DNA from: Basidioascus undulatus
Lineage: Eukaryota
NCBI GenBank assembly: GCA_000826855.1
Contig: JTLS01000039.1
Coordinates: 1-39,086 of the forward strand
DNA: 39,086 nt
Reading direction: 5' to 3'
Shown here: one piece after another, positions 24,245 to 35,472 of the stretch
How positions within the stretch are numbered: position 1 is the first letter of the stretch
Layout: each line of letters opens with the position of its first letter
Program-made: the position numbers and the translations under genes
Notes under the pieces: generated by a model
The model's input: the letters and a program-made list of their open reading frames with translations, nothing else
What the model was told of the DNA's origin: nothing
Databases searched by the model: none

Positions 24245-24964
24245 ATGTCCTCCTTCCCCACCCTTCCTCTAGCGCCCATATTCCGCAAGCGCCCCTCCTC
24301 TCCACCTCCACCATCCACCACCAACCCCACCTCCCAACCCTCCAAGCGCCCCAAACCCACCCTCTCCTCATCGTCCATCGACATCCCCCCTCCAAGCTTC
24401 CCCCTCTCCTCCGCCTTCTCCGCTCCCTCCCATACGGGCGGGCGGTCAGAAAACCTGGAGGATTGGACGTGATGCTGTTCAAGGAGTTCCTCGTTCCCCC
24501 TGGACGGAGGAGCTTGTTCGAGTGGTTAAGGGAGGAGATGGGGTGGTATCGGGTGGGTTGTCCCTCTCCTTCTTTCCTCCTTCCTCCTTCCTTCTTCCCT
24601 CTCGAAGCCCTGCTTTCCTTACTGAGAGTTTTGGAAGGCTGATAGGAGGTCGGAACAGGTAACCTACCAAGCCCGCTCCACCATGATCCGCACGCCCCGG
24701 TACACGACCACCTTCGGGAAAGACGATTCGGACACGTCCCTGTCTTACTAATCCCGCGCGCCGCGGGAGACCGCACCGCCGCTGGGGGAGCTGATGGATG
24801 AGATTGAGAGGCGGACGGAAGGGGTGTTCCTCCTCTCCACTCTTACCGCATCCCTCTCATCTCTCACACGACCCGACCAATGGTCTTGATTGAACTCACG
24901 AGCGCGGAGCCAAATTCAACTTCGTCCTCCTCAACTACTACGCCGACGGATCAGACAGCATCAC
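24245..24964 (+). pseudogene. Truncated AlkB-family (ALKBH2-like) 2OG-Fe(II) dioxygenase pseudogene
   Basis: LDVMLFKEFL...LFEWLREEMGWYR|VTY...IRTPRYTTTFG...AKFNFVLLNYYADGSDSIT matches the AlkB N-terminal half. Frameshift near 24430, in-frame TAA at 24749-51. The sequence ends just before the expected HxD motif. Confidence 0.8.
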
Positions 24965-24979
24965 GTCCGTCCTCTTCTC

Positions 24980-25358
24980 CCCTCGGCCGGCGCGCTCGCC
25001 TCGCGCAGCAGCTCCACGGCGATGCGGGCCGCGCCCATACCGTCGAAGAGGACGTGATCGAACGCGAAATGCGATGGGCTTGCCGGTGACGCGGTCCCTC
25101 CCGACGCGGACACGCCAGAGCGGGTCAGGCCCGTCTGGACAGAATCGTGCGCGAGCTCCTCGACGGTGAGCGCCCGGTGTACGTCCCCGACGACCCTCGA
25201 CAGGTTGAAACCCTAGTTGGACGCAAGGAAGGCCTTTCTGCGGCATGCGGCGGACGACGACCGATAGCTCGCCGTAGAGCCGAGGCAGAGTGGCGGCGGT
25301 GGCGGAAGCGGGTGAGAAGCTCGACCGCAGCGTCCGAGGGAGGTTCGTCGAGTTCCAT
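24980..25358 (-). pseudogene. Fragment of an alcohol acyltransferase / CoA-dependent acyltransferase (HxxxDG) pseudogene
   Basis: DPLWRVRVG (25109-23) and FAFDHVLFDGMGAARIAVELL (HVLFDG at 25039-56) lie in different frames, separated by a 1-nt shift near 25067-69. More shifts upstream; C-terminal half absent. Confidence 0.65.
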
Positions 25359-27264
25359 CGTAAGGACGATACTGCAGAATCCACCCCAATTTCCAAACAA
25401 GATTCTTCAGGGAGTAAAGCAAGATCGTCACTCACGTAAGATGATGCTTCATGTCCGACAAGACGACATGCATGGGTTCGAACGTCCCAAGGGCTCGCAC
25501 AACGGGGCGCGAAAGAGCGTCACCTGCCGGCGAAATGGTCAACTGCAACGAGGGTTCAACACAGTTAGGACTTTCAGGACTTTAAAATGTCTCGTACAAA
25601 CTCGAAGATAGTCATAATCTTATCCGTTGTGTGAAAGTGTGTGCGGCAGTGATCTGAAGGAGACGCCACAACAGCGCCAGTAGCAGGTGGGAGGCTCGAA
25701 GACCTGGTTGACCTCTAGCCATCGCTTTTCATCTGTGCTGTGCACATTCGAGATCGGTTCCCGTAAATCGTGAAAGGGGACCGGGCGACGGCACTGTTTA
25801 ACGGACCGGAACAGGCGTAGCGGATTCAGTGTGCACAGTTGCGGCTCGAGAAGCGGTTCAAAGGGGTCTCACAGTGGAGCGACAGCGCGACAGGGTACTC
25901 AGGTGCTATAGGTACATGTCTATATATTTCCATAAAACTTTTATCTGGCAAGCTCAGTCCCCATGGCAAGCTTGCAAAAGACGTATTGTGTGACACGAAG
26001 AATCGTTTGCTTCGAGCAGGCGTAGCGAAGACCCATGTAGGACCAACCGACAAGGGAAGTTGGGTGTGAAAAATCACAAATAAAAAGTTTCCTTGGCAGT
26101 ACTACTGCCCTGCCCCAACCTTTCCGGAGGCTCCGTCGGGGAGATCAGAGCATTGCGAGGGTGAAATGGGCGGAGGTCTTCCAACGTCTACGACGGATGT
26201 GAACCGTGCGCCTGCCGCACACGCATGTTGGCGAGCAGACCCCCCTGTAATATTACAAAGATGAAATCGCATCAATCCGATCTTCAGGGACCATAAGCTT
26301 CGTCAATCCTGTACCAGAAGTACCTCATCTCGTTTCACAGAGACGAATGCTCGCAACGTTGCCGCCCTGCTTCCGCCGGCCCAAGCGCGCGCTCCTCATC
26401 GGCTCCAATGCCCTGACAGTTCCCTACGGGAGTATTTCCAAACACCGGGAGACTTCCAAGAAATCAGATATCCGTTTGCGATTGCTGGCCCAAGCAGCGG
26501 AGGCCAGTAATTCCGCCTGCATCGCTGGATCGTTCCCACCGCCAGTCCACATTGAATTACAATGAATTACTCTTTGCTTTGCTACTATCCGCCCGTGATT
26601 AGATCAAATATTTTCGGAGAAATACACACTAACATATGGGTTGACTGATTGATAGCCCGGAATTGGCGAACGAAGCGTCGCATTGGGCCAGTGCAGCGCT
26701 GAGTTAGAAACAAGACTGCCAGGGACGGCACTTGACGGCACGCCTTGGCAGGCCTGCTTCGGATTTACATATGAGAAATTTTGTGGGCTAAGTCTCGGAC
26801 TACCTCTTGGGACAGACTGTTTGTGCACCTTGAATGTGCGGCTGCGGCGACCTGTCAGCGACAGCGGCGCCTCCGTTCCCCTTCTCCGCGCGGGAGTTCT
26901 CCTACCAGGGGCTGCGCCCTTCTCAGGGTTCGCGAAGCCTACGGTAAACTTTTTTGAAAATTGTGAAAATGAAGAGGAACATGCGCTACTGGTGGGGACC
27001 GCCAAGTATTCGTGAAGCAGCGGCGAAGAATTGCGCACATGAAGCAAGGGGATCGCACTCGTCAGGCGCGGATGCCGCACTGTTGGTGTCGGTGCTTCAC
27101 ACCTGTGTAATTACATTATCGAGTGGGAAAGCGGATGATTTGGCTATCTAAGAATAGTGCCGAGCTCTACCGATGGCGACCGGGCAGCCTCTGCTCGTCA
27201 GCAGCACCATCTCGTCTCGCCTCTCCGTCCCCCGCCCGGCCGCCTTCCATCAGCTGCATCCACA

Positions 27265-28710
27265 ATGTCTTCAGTTCCACTGCCTTGCGGTCTTTTGGTC
27301 GAGTACTATCATGAAGGACAGGCAGCAGAGAATGATCGCCCAAACGTGCTGTTCATATAGTGTGTTCCACCACGTTCCTCAGATCTTCAACATGGGCACG
27401 CTGCTGAGTGTCCCCCGCAGTCCTACCCTTTGTCAAGCTCCACCTTCAATGATGCCACAATTTGGCACCGTCAGAAGACGGATAGCCTACTTACGATTGA
27501 TTTCAATCTCGTGAGCACCCCTCAGGCGTCGTTTCGGAGGAAGCGGCTTACAGGATGTCTGAACAGTACGCCAACCAGTTGTTCGGGTTTGGGAAGACTT
27601 CTCGGGCGGAGTAGGAGAAGGAAGTGGATTTGGATTGGTACGCGTCGACGGTCGTGCCGGAGGTAATCGAGGCGCTCGCCTGGGCCCCTGCCATTTGGTG
27701 GGAAGCTCGATTGGGGCCGCTATTGCTCAGGTGAATTGTAATGTATCGTTGAGTTCGGGCAGTAGCGCTAATGTTACATTGAAAACGCCCACTGTCCACT
27801 GCAGCGGGTGGCCGACTTACCTTCGCTCGTGGCAAGCCTCGTTCTGTCCGGGCTTCCAGAGCCGTCAGAGGTGAGAGAATGCTAGATTTCAAACACCCCG
27901 TTCTTCACTAAGTATAATTCACAGACCCACGAGGCTATTGAGCAGGGCCGAGCGTATGCAGCATCGCTGGCAGGCGACCAGACGGGGGACTTTCGGCGGG
28001 AGCAGCTCTTCAACGCTGCGCTCGGTCTCATGGGGCCCAGCCTCTCAGAGGACAGTTAGTGTTTTTTTTAGTGTATGTGTTAGATGTGGTTTGTGGTCGA
28101 GGAGGACGACTCCGTGGCGAGCTCTTCTACTGGCACAAGCCGGTCCCATCGGAGGCGCTGCGGGTGATGACCACACCCTCTTTGATTGTACATGGAGGTG
28201 CACTCGACTTTCCTCTTGGATTTTACGGGTTCCTGAACCATTGATCTAGAGGCGGACTCATGTCAAACCAGGATGTCGCCGCGGTGCGAGAGCCTAGCTT
28301 GCAGGTTTCACGAGCGTGCTGGCGTCTGATGTTCATCTTCCTATCCAGCGGAACACTGCCGCTCTCTTCCCCTTCTACGCTTGTTTGCTATTGATACCGG
28401 ATGCCTCTCCCTACTATAATTTCACACATGCAGACATATACAACCGTGCGTGAGTCTCGCTCGCTCTCCCGTAACTCCACGCGCGAGCAGAGCTGAATAA
28501 AGTGGGTCCTTCCAGCTTGCATGCTTTCATCCACGGGCTGCTTGTGGAAGGTGCGGTCCATAGCAAGTGTAGAGTACCTCAGAGGCCTTCGTCGGTCCAC
28601 GTACGAGGTGGACAGGAACCGGTGGGGCGTGTTCGAGGTTGCAAAGGAGAACACATGGGCCCAGCGACAGGTCCTGCAGCGCGCTCAAGACTTCTCCGTC
28701 CGCATCCAGG
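27265..28710 (+). pseudogene. Alpha/beta hydrolase pseudogene
   Basis: Exon remnants in the expected order: MSSVPLPCGLLVEYYHEG...RPNVLFI, LFGFGKTS, LGPCHLVGSSIGAAIAQ (GxSxG at 27701-15), PSLVASLVLSG, TTPSLIVHG-EAD. In-frame TAG at 27612-14 and frameshift near 27678. 3' end uncertain. Confidence 0.72.
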
Positions 28711-29261
28711 TGCGATTGGCTTCTACTTTATTATGCTCGGGTATTCCATTGATCAATGTGGAATGCGCAGGTATTGACCGAGGTTGTTATCCACTCCAGC
28801 AGTCCCAAAATGCAACATGCCCGGCCGACGTGGTTGCCGAAGACTAGCGATTGGGATTCGGATTCGGAGACGAGCGTGTCTGTGTGATGGGATGATGATT
28901 TCGTGTAAAACGAGCCGTTCAGTGTATTATTTAGAAGTGTGTCTCCGACTGGATGCGATCCTGTCCAGTTACGTTGCGAACATGAGAATGGGACGATGTC
29001 GCGATCTTTCATGCCGGCACTGACTGCAGGGACAACCAGAAGTTGGGAAGTATGCAGCTGGGATTTTGTGATAAAGGATCCTTCAGACGGTGGGACAAAA
29101 CCACAAGGCAGGCCATCACAGTCAAAGCAAACAAAAATGGCCTGGCTCGTTCAAGAAATCCTGACAATTCAGAGAATTGCGTTCGACGCGCTCGCCGAAC
29201 TCAGCCTGCTCGCGTCTCCCATCCCGATCCTCATCCTCATCTCACCTCCTCGCTGCCTATT

Positions 29262-31865
29262 ATGTGTGCGCGTGCTAAGTATTTTGATCTCAACACTGTA
29301 CTAGAAGCTCATCATTTTATTTTCCAGCTTTCGGACAGCCTGGCGGCTTCAGCTTCGGCAACGGTGTGTCCCGGCTCATCTCTGTCGTCCTCGCGCACTG
29401 CCGCTCATACTTCGGTCCACAGCCGCGTCAAAGCCTGCTGGGACTCCTGGGACGCCTGCGCCAGCGTTTGGAGGATTTGGTCAAGGTACGTGCTCATCTC
29501 CAGTCGCAGGCGGGCTATGGTGCTGATCAGTCCGATCCAAACGGCCAACAGCGGCGAGCGCGACTCCCGGCGCCACGACGGCCTCTCCCTTCAGCGGATT
29601 CAGTGCCGCCGCTAACAAGCCTGCCGGTGGCTTCTCCTTCGGCGGAACCAGCACTCCCGCCGCCTCGTCTTCCGCGGCGCCCGCGGCGCCCGCGTTCGGC
29701 GGCTTCGGCGCCGCCCCCGCCGCCCTATCCGCAGCCGGTTCCTCTGGCGCGCCTGCGCCGGCATTTGGCGGCTTCGGGGCGGCGGCGAGCAGCGCAGGCG
29801 CGTCGCCTGCCGCCCCTGCTCCCGCTTTCGGCGGCTTCAGCGCGTTCAAGCCCGCCAACCCGAGCCCGCTGGGACAGGCTACGCCCGCCAAGCCGGCGAC
29901 GGCGACGCCCTCGTTCGGCGGCTTCGGCACCTCCACCGCTTCGTCCAGCGCTGCTGCCCCTTCCACTTCTGCGCCGGCCCCGGCGCTCGGCGGAGGCCTT
30001 TTCGGAGCCAAGCCTGCGGGCGCCGCAGGTGCCAGCCCGTTCGGGTCAACCACGCCTGCCGCGCCGCCGCCCGCTCAGCCGTTCAGCTTCGGTGCTAAGC
30101 CTGTCGGTGCGTTTCATCTTCGGATTCATGTAGGTATTGCAGAACGTGACCAAGGGATGGGATCCAGAGGCGCCCAAACCTGCGGGTAGTTTGAGCTTCG
30201 GCGGATTCTCTCTTCCCACTCCTTCATCTTCGGCCGCCGCCACCACCTCCGCCGCTGCGCCCGCTCCTGCTCCTGCCCCTGCCCCGTCGCTTTTCGGCGC
30301 GCCCAAGCCCGGGACTCCGACCCCCGCAACCTCCGCGCCAGCGACGTCTGCTGCCCCCGCCTCATCTGCTCCGGCGCCAGCGACTGTCGCTGCCGCACCG
30401 AGCTTCGGGTCATTCGCTGGGTTTGGGGCAGCCAAGCCTGCTGGTGAGCCACTAAGCTCTGTGTATGAGAAGCAGGACGATTAGGCAGGCACTCAATTGA
30501 GCGCAAACACAGAAACAAAGGCGCCAGAGGCGGCGAAGCCTGCGGCTGGAGGGTTCTCGTTCGGGGGAGCGACTTCGACCAGTACGTTTGTTCACGAGCC
30601 GTGCCTGCTGGGACTGCAGTATTGTGTTGACGACGGTTCACGGTCAACAGCCCCGGCTTCGACCTCTGCCGCATCCTCCCCTGCTCCCGCTCCTGCCGTT
30701 GCCGCACCTTCTCCCTTCGGCGGCTTCAAGCTTGGCGGCGCCGCTACTCCGGCGACGTCGACTGCTACAATCTCGGCCCCCGCCCCGGCCGCTTCGACGG
30801 CTGCGCCCGCGGCCGGCGCGCTCTCACTCTCCGCGCTGGGCTCCGCCCCCGCCACGACATCCACCGCCGCCACTGCCGGCGCACCCGCGCAGGTCAAGCC
30901 GGCCCCTGTTCCGTCGCTTCTGCGGAACAAGACGCTCGAGGAGATCGTCAACCGGTGGTCGGCGGACCTCGACTCGCAGGTGAAGGAGTTTGTGCGGCTC
31001 GGCGGGGAGATCAAGGATTGGGACGGCGTGCTGCGTGAGAATGCGGAGCAGGTGCGTTTTCGAAAGCTGGCGCTGCGCTACTTAATACTTGAGCGAACCG
31101 CTGATAGCCCGGTGCGTCGATCCCAGATCTCGCGACTTTACAGCCAGGTCTTGTCAGCGGAGTCGACGCAGTCGACCATCGACCAGAGCTTGGACTACAT
31201 TGAGGCTCAGCAGCGCGAGCTCGACAGCGTGCTGCAGAGCTATGAGAAGGAGACGGACGACCTGTTCGAAGAGGGCGGGGCGGGGATTGGCTTGGGCGTG
31301 GGCACGGCCGACAGTGAGCGGCAGAACGCGTACGTCCCATCTTCCTCTCATTGCCGATTCACTTCAAGCTCAGCGGCTCACGTCCATGTTCTACGACAGC
31401 TACACCCTCGCCGAGAGCCTCAACACGCAGCTCGACGACCTCTCGCGCAACCTCGCGTCGATGATCGACGAAGTGAACTCGCTCTCCGTGTCGACGCCCC
31501 TCGCTACGCCCGCCGGCGACGGCGCCGGTGGCGCAGGCGGCGGTGCGGAAGACCCGATCGCGCAAATCGCGGCGATCCTGAACGCGCACCTCGCGAGCCT
31601 GCAGTGGATCGACAGCAGCGCGGGGCAGCTCGGCGACCGCGTGCGCGAGATGGAGGTCCAGGTCCGCGGCGTGCAGGACCGCATGGCCCCCGCCCACCAG
31701 CGCGGCGGCAGCCTTTCGCGCAGCGGCAGTGTCGGGCCCGGCGCGGGCGGGCTCGCCGCGAGCGTCGTCGGGCCTGGCGGGATGGGCGAGGGCGCGCTCA
31801 GTGCGAGTGCGCTTAGGAGGAGCAGGGGCTTTGGGCTGCCCAGCTCGACTAGCTCGAGGTGGTGA
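29262..31865 (+). CDS. NSP1: FG-nucleoporin Nsp1 (Nup62)
   Basis: ATGT first coding exon at 29262-65, then FG/FSFG repeats rich in A/P/S/T, then the Nsp1_C coiled coil PSLLRNKTLEEIVNRWSADLDSQVKEF...IDQSLDYIEAQQRELD...YTLAESLNTQLDDL...ILNAHLASLQWID. Stop at 31863-65. Confidence 0.95.
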
Positions 31866-32187
31866 GGTCGTGGGATGGGAGTGGAGGGTTCCGTGCGACT
31901 GTAGCTCGTTCTTGCATTTAACGCTATGCCGATCGTGTCTTGCTTGTCACTCTCCGAACTGTTTTCACGGTAGGATGCGCAGAGCTACCTGGTGAGTTAA
32001 TCACTTTATCGCAGTCCTGTTTGGACAAAAATGCGCGACTTCAGACACGGGGTGGGAAGAAACGAACCAAAAACGAATGAACGACTTCAGTTCCGAAGTC
32101 ACGGCGGCGGCCGGCAACAGCGCCTTCGGAGCGATGCGAGCCGGTCGGTGCCTTCTCTCTTGTCTTCCTTCATCCATCGTCTCCATC

Positions 32188-32891
32188 ATGATTCTTCGAC
32201 CGCGGCATCTTGCCGCTCTGAGGCAGCCGGTATTCTCATTTACTAGCACACGCTCGTTCTTCTCGCTTCCCAACATCCCCTCCCCATTCTCCGGCAACTC
32301 TCCCGAGCAGTCCTATCAAGAGCGCAAGACTCTCCCGTGCGCCCGCACTATCTCCCCGCACCACGCCCGCAGCTGACGCAAGAGCCAGGTACTCCCAACA
32401 GGAGCTCTACACCATAGTAGCCAACGTCGACTCCTACCGATACTTTATTCCCTTCTGCACGGCCTCGCGCGTCCTCGCGCCCGTCCCGCCCGAGGCAGGC
32501 GAGAGCGGCGAGGTCGTCCGCGCCGAGCTGGGCGTCGGGTTCATGGGCTTCCAGGAGAGCTACGTCTCTCGCGTCCAGCGGAGACCCTATTCTTCTGTCA
32601 TTGTGCGTCTTTTTCTGCTTCGATGTGCGAATGCGGACAGGAGCTGAAGGCGCGTAGGGTGATGCTTGACAGGCAACCGCTTCCTCCGAGACGCCGCTCT
32701 TCAAGTCGCTCGTCACGACCTATACGTTCCTCCCCGTTTCCGAGCGGACGACTGAAGTTGCGATCGACTTGCGCTATGCCTTTGCGAACCCGCTCTACGC
32801 GCAGGTGTCTGGCGCGTTCTTTGGCAAGGTCTCCGGCATGATGGTGCAGGCGTTCGAGGATCGGGCGCGGAAGGTTTACGGGCGGCGGTGA
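32188..32891 (+). CDS. COQ10: Coenzyme Q-binding protein Coq10 (START / polyketide cyclase fold), mitochondrial
   Basis: 3 exons: presequence MILRPRHL...RSFF, then YQERKTLPYSQQELYTIVANVDSYRYFIPFCTASRV, AELGVGFMGFQESYVSRV, LFKSLVTTY, FANPLYA and MVQAFEDRARKVYG. Confidence 0.93.
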
Positions 32892-33295
32892 CTCTGGGGT
32901 CGGTGGCGTATGCGTTTATGGATAGAGGTGGGCGATGATTCTACAGTCATAGGCAATGATTGAGCGTTTTTAAAGATGAAGGGATGAGGCAGCAGGCGGT
33001 GCTGTGACTCGCGGCGATGGATACTCTCCTCTGACTTGTCCGTCGATGAAGCCAAAGCATTTTCTCGACTCTCGATCCTATCTCGTACCTAAAAAATTGG
33101 CATCAAGTTTCAAATCGTGTCGCTACTACACGTCTAAAATTGTCGCATCTCCCGCAATCCCATCGAACAACGCCTCGCGCTCCGAGCAGCTCCCACTCAT
33201 TCGAACAACTCTGTTTCATATCGTTGTTAGCAGCCGAGCATTCTCTCCGTTCACTAGTAGTCAAACTCACCTATCACCTCACCTCATCGCAGCGC

Positions 33296-34315
33296 TCACC
33301 ACCCGGGCACCCCCGGCCCGCCCTGTGCCCATCCTACCCTCACGCCCTGGCGATGCGCACGGAAGTGACCCTTCCCCTTGGCGTGCCGGTCACCATGCTT
33401 CTCGCCGTGCTTCCTGCCGCGCCCGTCCCCGCGGTGCCGGTGCTCCTCCTTGCCCTTCCACGCCTTCGCTGCGTGCGCGTTCACGTCGCGCTTCTCAAAC
33501 CGATTGTCGGAGTCGTGCCCATCCGAGTCCCCCTCGTCCGACCCGTACTCCTTCGCGCTGTGGTACTCCTCACCGTCATCGTCAGACGAATCGGAGTCCG
33601 AGTCTGAGCCCGAGTCCGAGTCCGAATCCGCATCGTGCCCAGATTCGCCCGAGTGCTCTTCGTCGCTCGAACACTCCTCATCGTTCTTGTCGTCATCCTT
33701 CTCGTCCACATCGTCCGAGCGCATGGACAGCTCGCGCTTCTTAAAATCGCCAAAGTCGAAGTCGTCGAAGAAGCTGGACAGATCGAAGTCGAAATCTTGG
33801 TCATCGGCGTCCGCGAGCTCCTGGTCGCTCTCGTCATCGCCGGAAGACAAAGTGTCGTCGCTTGAGTCGTCCGCGGAAAACTCGTCATCTCCATCGTCAT
33901 CGTCGAAATCGGCGTCGGACAGCGTGTCGTCCTCGTCCTGGGACTGCTCGTCGTCACCGTCATCAGAATCGACGCCGGAGTCATCCTCGTCCGAGTCATT
34001 CTCGTCCGCGTCTTCATCATCTGCATCATCCGACTTATCGTTATCCGAGTTGGTACCGTCGTCCAGCGCGCTCATATTGCTCTGCGCGACAGTGTCCGGG
34101 GCGGAGGCATTGAAGATGCCGTCGCCTCCGCCCGCAGCGATGAGGCTGTCGCGCCTGGCCAAGCTGTTGTAACGAGCAACGAGCCCGTGGCTGAGGCGGA
34201 ACGGAATTGTCGAGCGCCGCTTGCTGTGCAGCGTGGTGGTGCGCGTGGAGGAGGACGACGCTGCGAGAGCGGCGCCGGAGAGCGAGGCGATGGTGAGGGC
34301 GGAGATGGCGCGCAT
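33296..34315 (-). CDS. Secreted Asp/Ser/Glu-rich precursor with Kex2-type sites and a cationic His-rich C-terminal segment
   Basis: Intronless 339-aa ORF with signal-peptide-like MRAISALTIASLSGAALA and dibasic sites SKRR, ARR, FKKR and EKR. TATA-like TACATAAAA at 34411-19 (minus strand); canonical 3'UTR intron at 33211-33270. Confidence 0.8.
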   Translation of the reverse strand: MRAISALTIASLSGAALAASSSSTRTTTLHSKRRSTIPFRLSHGLVARYNSLARRDSLIAAGGGDGIFNASAPDTVAQSNMSALDDGTNSDNDKSDDADDEDADENDSDEDDSGVDSDDGDDEQSQDEDDTLSDADFDDDDGDDEFSADDSSDDTLSSGDDESDQELADADDQDFDFDLSSFFDDFDFGDFKKRELSMRSDDVDEKDDDKNDEECSSDEEHSGESGHDADSDSDSGSDSDSDSSDDDGEEYHSAKEYGSDEGDSDGHDSDNRFEKRDVNAHAAKAWKGKEEHRHRGDGRGRKHGEKHGDRHAKGKGHFRAHRQGVRVGWAQGGPGVPGW

Positions 34316-35016
34316 TACCAAGTGTTGACGGCGGGAAGTAGGTGTGTGTGCGTGGTGTGCGGAGCGGATGAGTCTGAGAGTTATGGTCAGAGAGATGGAG
34401 AGAGTCTGGCTTTTATGTAGGCGAGCGACGATGCTGGCGGGCGCGAAAGAGGCCGCAGCCAGGGCCGCATGCGGCGGACTACCGGAACGAGCAGTGGCAG
34501 CAGAGCTAGATTCGGGTGTGCGAATCCCTGGCCACTCTTTGGCTTTCTTGGGACATCTCTGTGTTCAAAGACCTAGGCCGGCAAGTCATCGTCAGTTTCC
34601 AGCACCGGGAGGCAGTGCGCAGCGGCACTATCGATTGGCGTGTCAGAATGGCTCGTCAACGACAGAAATTCACACCTTTGGACATCCGGCATTCTTCTAT
34701 AATATTGCTGTATTCGCCTCAGGAAAACATTTACAGTCTTCGTGTGAGGTTGGAGAGAACGAACTTCACCAGAAGAGCTTGCCAGTGGCCTCTTATTTCC
34801 GTCTTTCACGCGGGCGACTTGCACAGGGCATGTCCCTTGCTTCTTTTCACTTGTTCGAAAGGTGACCAGGAAGAAAGACAATGCGGATGTCCACCCAATC
34901 CTCATGTCGCTCAATACAGCAAAGCTCTATCTTCACACGCATGAAACGCAAGGTACAATGAAAGCGTGCCATGTTCATCAAACTTCATCAAGCCCCAATG
35001 CAGTGCAGAATCCACC

Positions 35017-35472
35017 CTAGGTCGAGTCGTCGGCCTCTTCAAGCGCCTTGTGCTGCTCGGGGATCTCGCTCCTCAGCTTGCGGTGATATCGCATGGCGGA
35101 AAGCCAGCCGCTTGACGTCGATGGTGAGTCACCTGAGCTGATGGACCTCTTCGGGGGACGATTGGGCCTCTTGGAACTTGCTTCGGAGCCGAGGGTGGCT
35201 GTCCGCGATATTGGCGACCTCGACGATAGGCTCTCCTTGTCCTTGTGCCTTGTGAGCAGCTGCTGGATCCCGGAGAATACCTTGATAGTCTCGTCGAGCT
35301 CTCCCTGGATCTGGGCGAGCATGAAAGCCTTCTCCTTCACGGTGGGGCACCCTTAGTAAGAACCTGGAAACTTGGATCGACGCTTGAGCACCACTTACAG
35401 CCCAGGGCGAAATAGATTGGTGGTCCTCCTCAGTTGAGAGGGACTGCTCGGAAGGGATCGGCTCCACATCAT
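35017..35472 (-). pseudogene. Probable degenerate small orphan gene
   Basis: TATAAAAA at 35614-21 (minus strand) and a GTAAGT donor near 35398. Helical coding-like pieces (EKAFMLAQIQGELDETIKVF; IVEVANIADSHPRLRSKFQE; RYHRKLRSEIPEQHKALEE) alternate between frames, and no clean ATG-led frame links them. Confidence 0.3.

Noticed and set aside
25800..27100. Coding-like ORFs 26604-27080 (-), 26683-27015 (+) and 25826-26077 (-)
   Set aside because: No family or consistent splice model found; could be a relic but this is unsupported.
29366..31014. Several long overlapping Ala/Pro/Arg-rich ORFs on both strands
   Set aside because: Alternate-frame and antisense shadows of GC-rich NSP1 FG exons.
33378..34172. 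264-aa Ser-rich plus-strand ORF
   Set aside because: Antisense shadow of the Asp-rich secreted gene (GAC/GAT codons read as Ser on the other strand).
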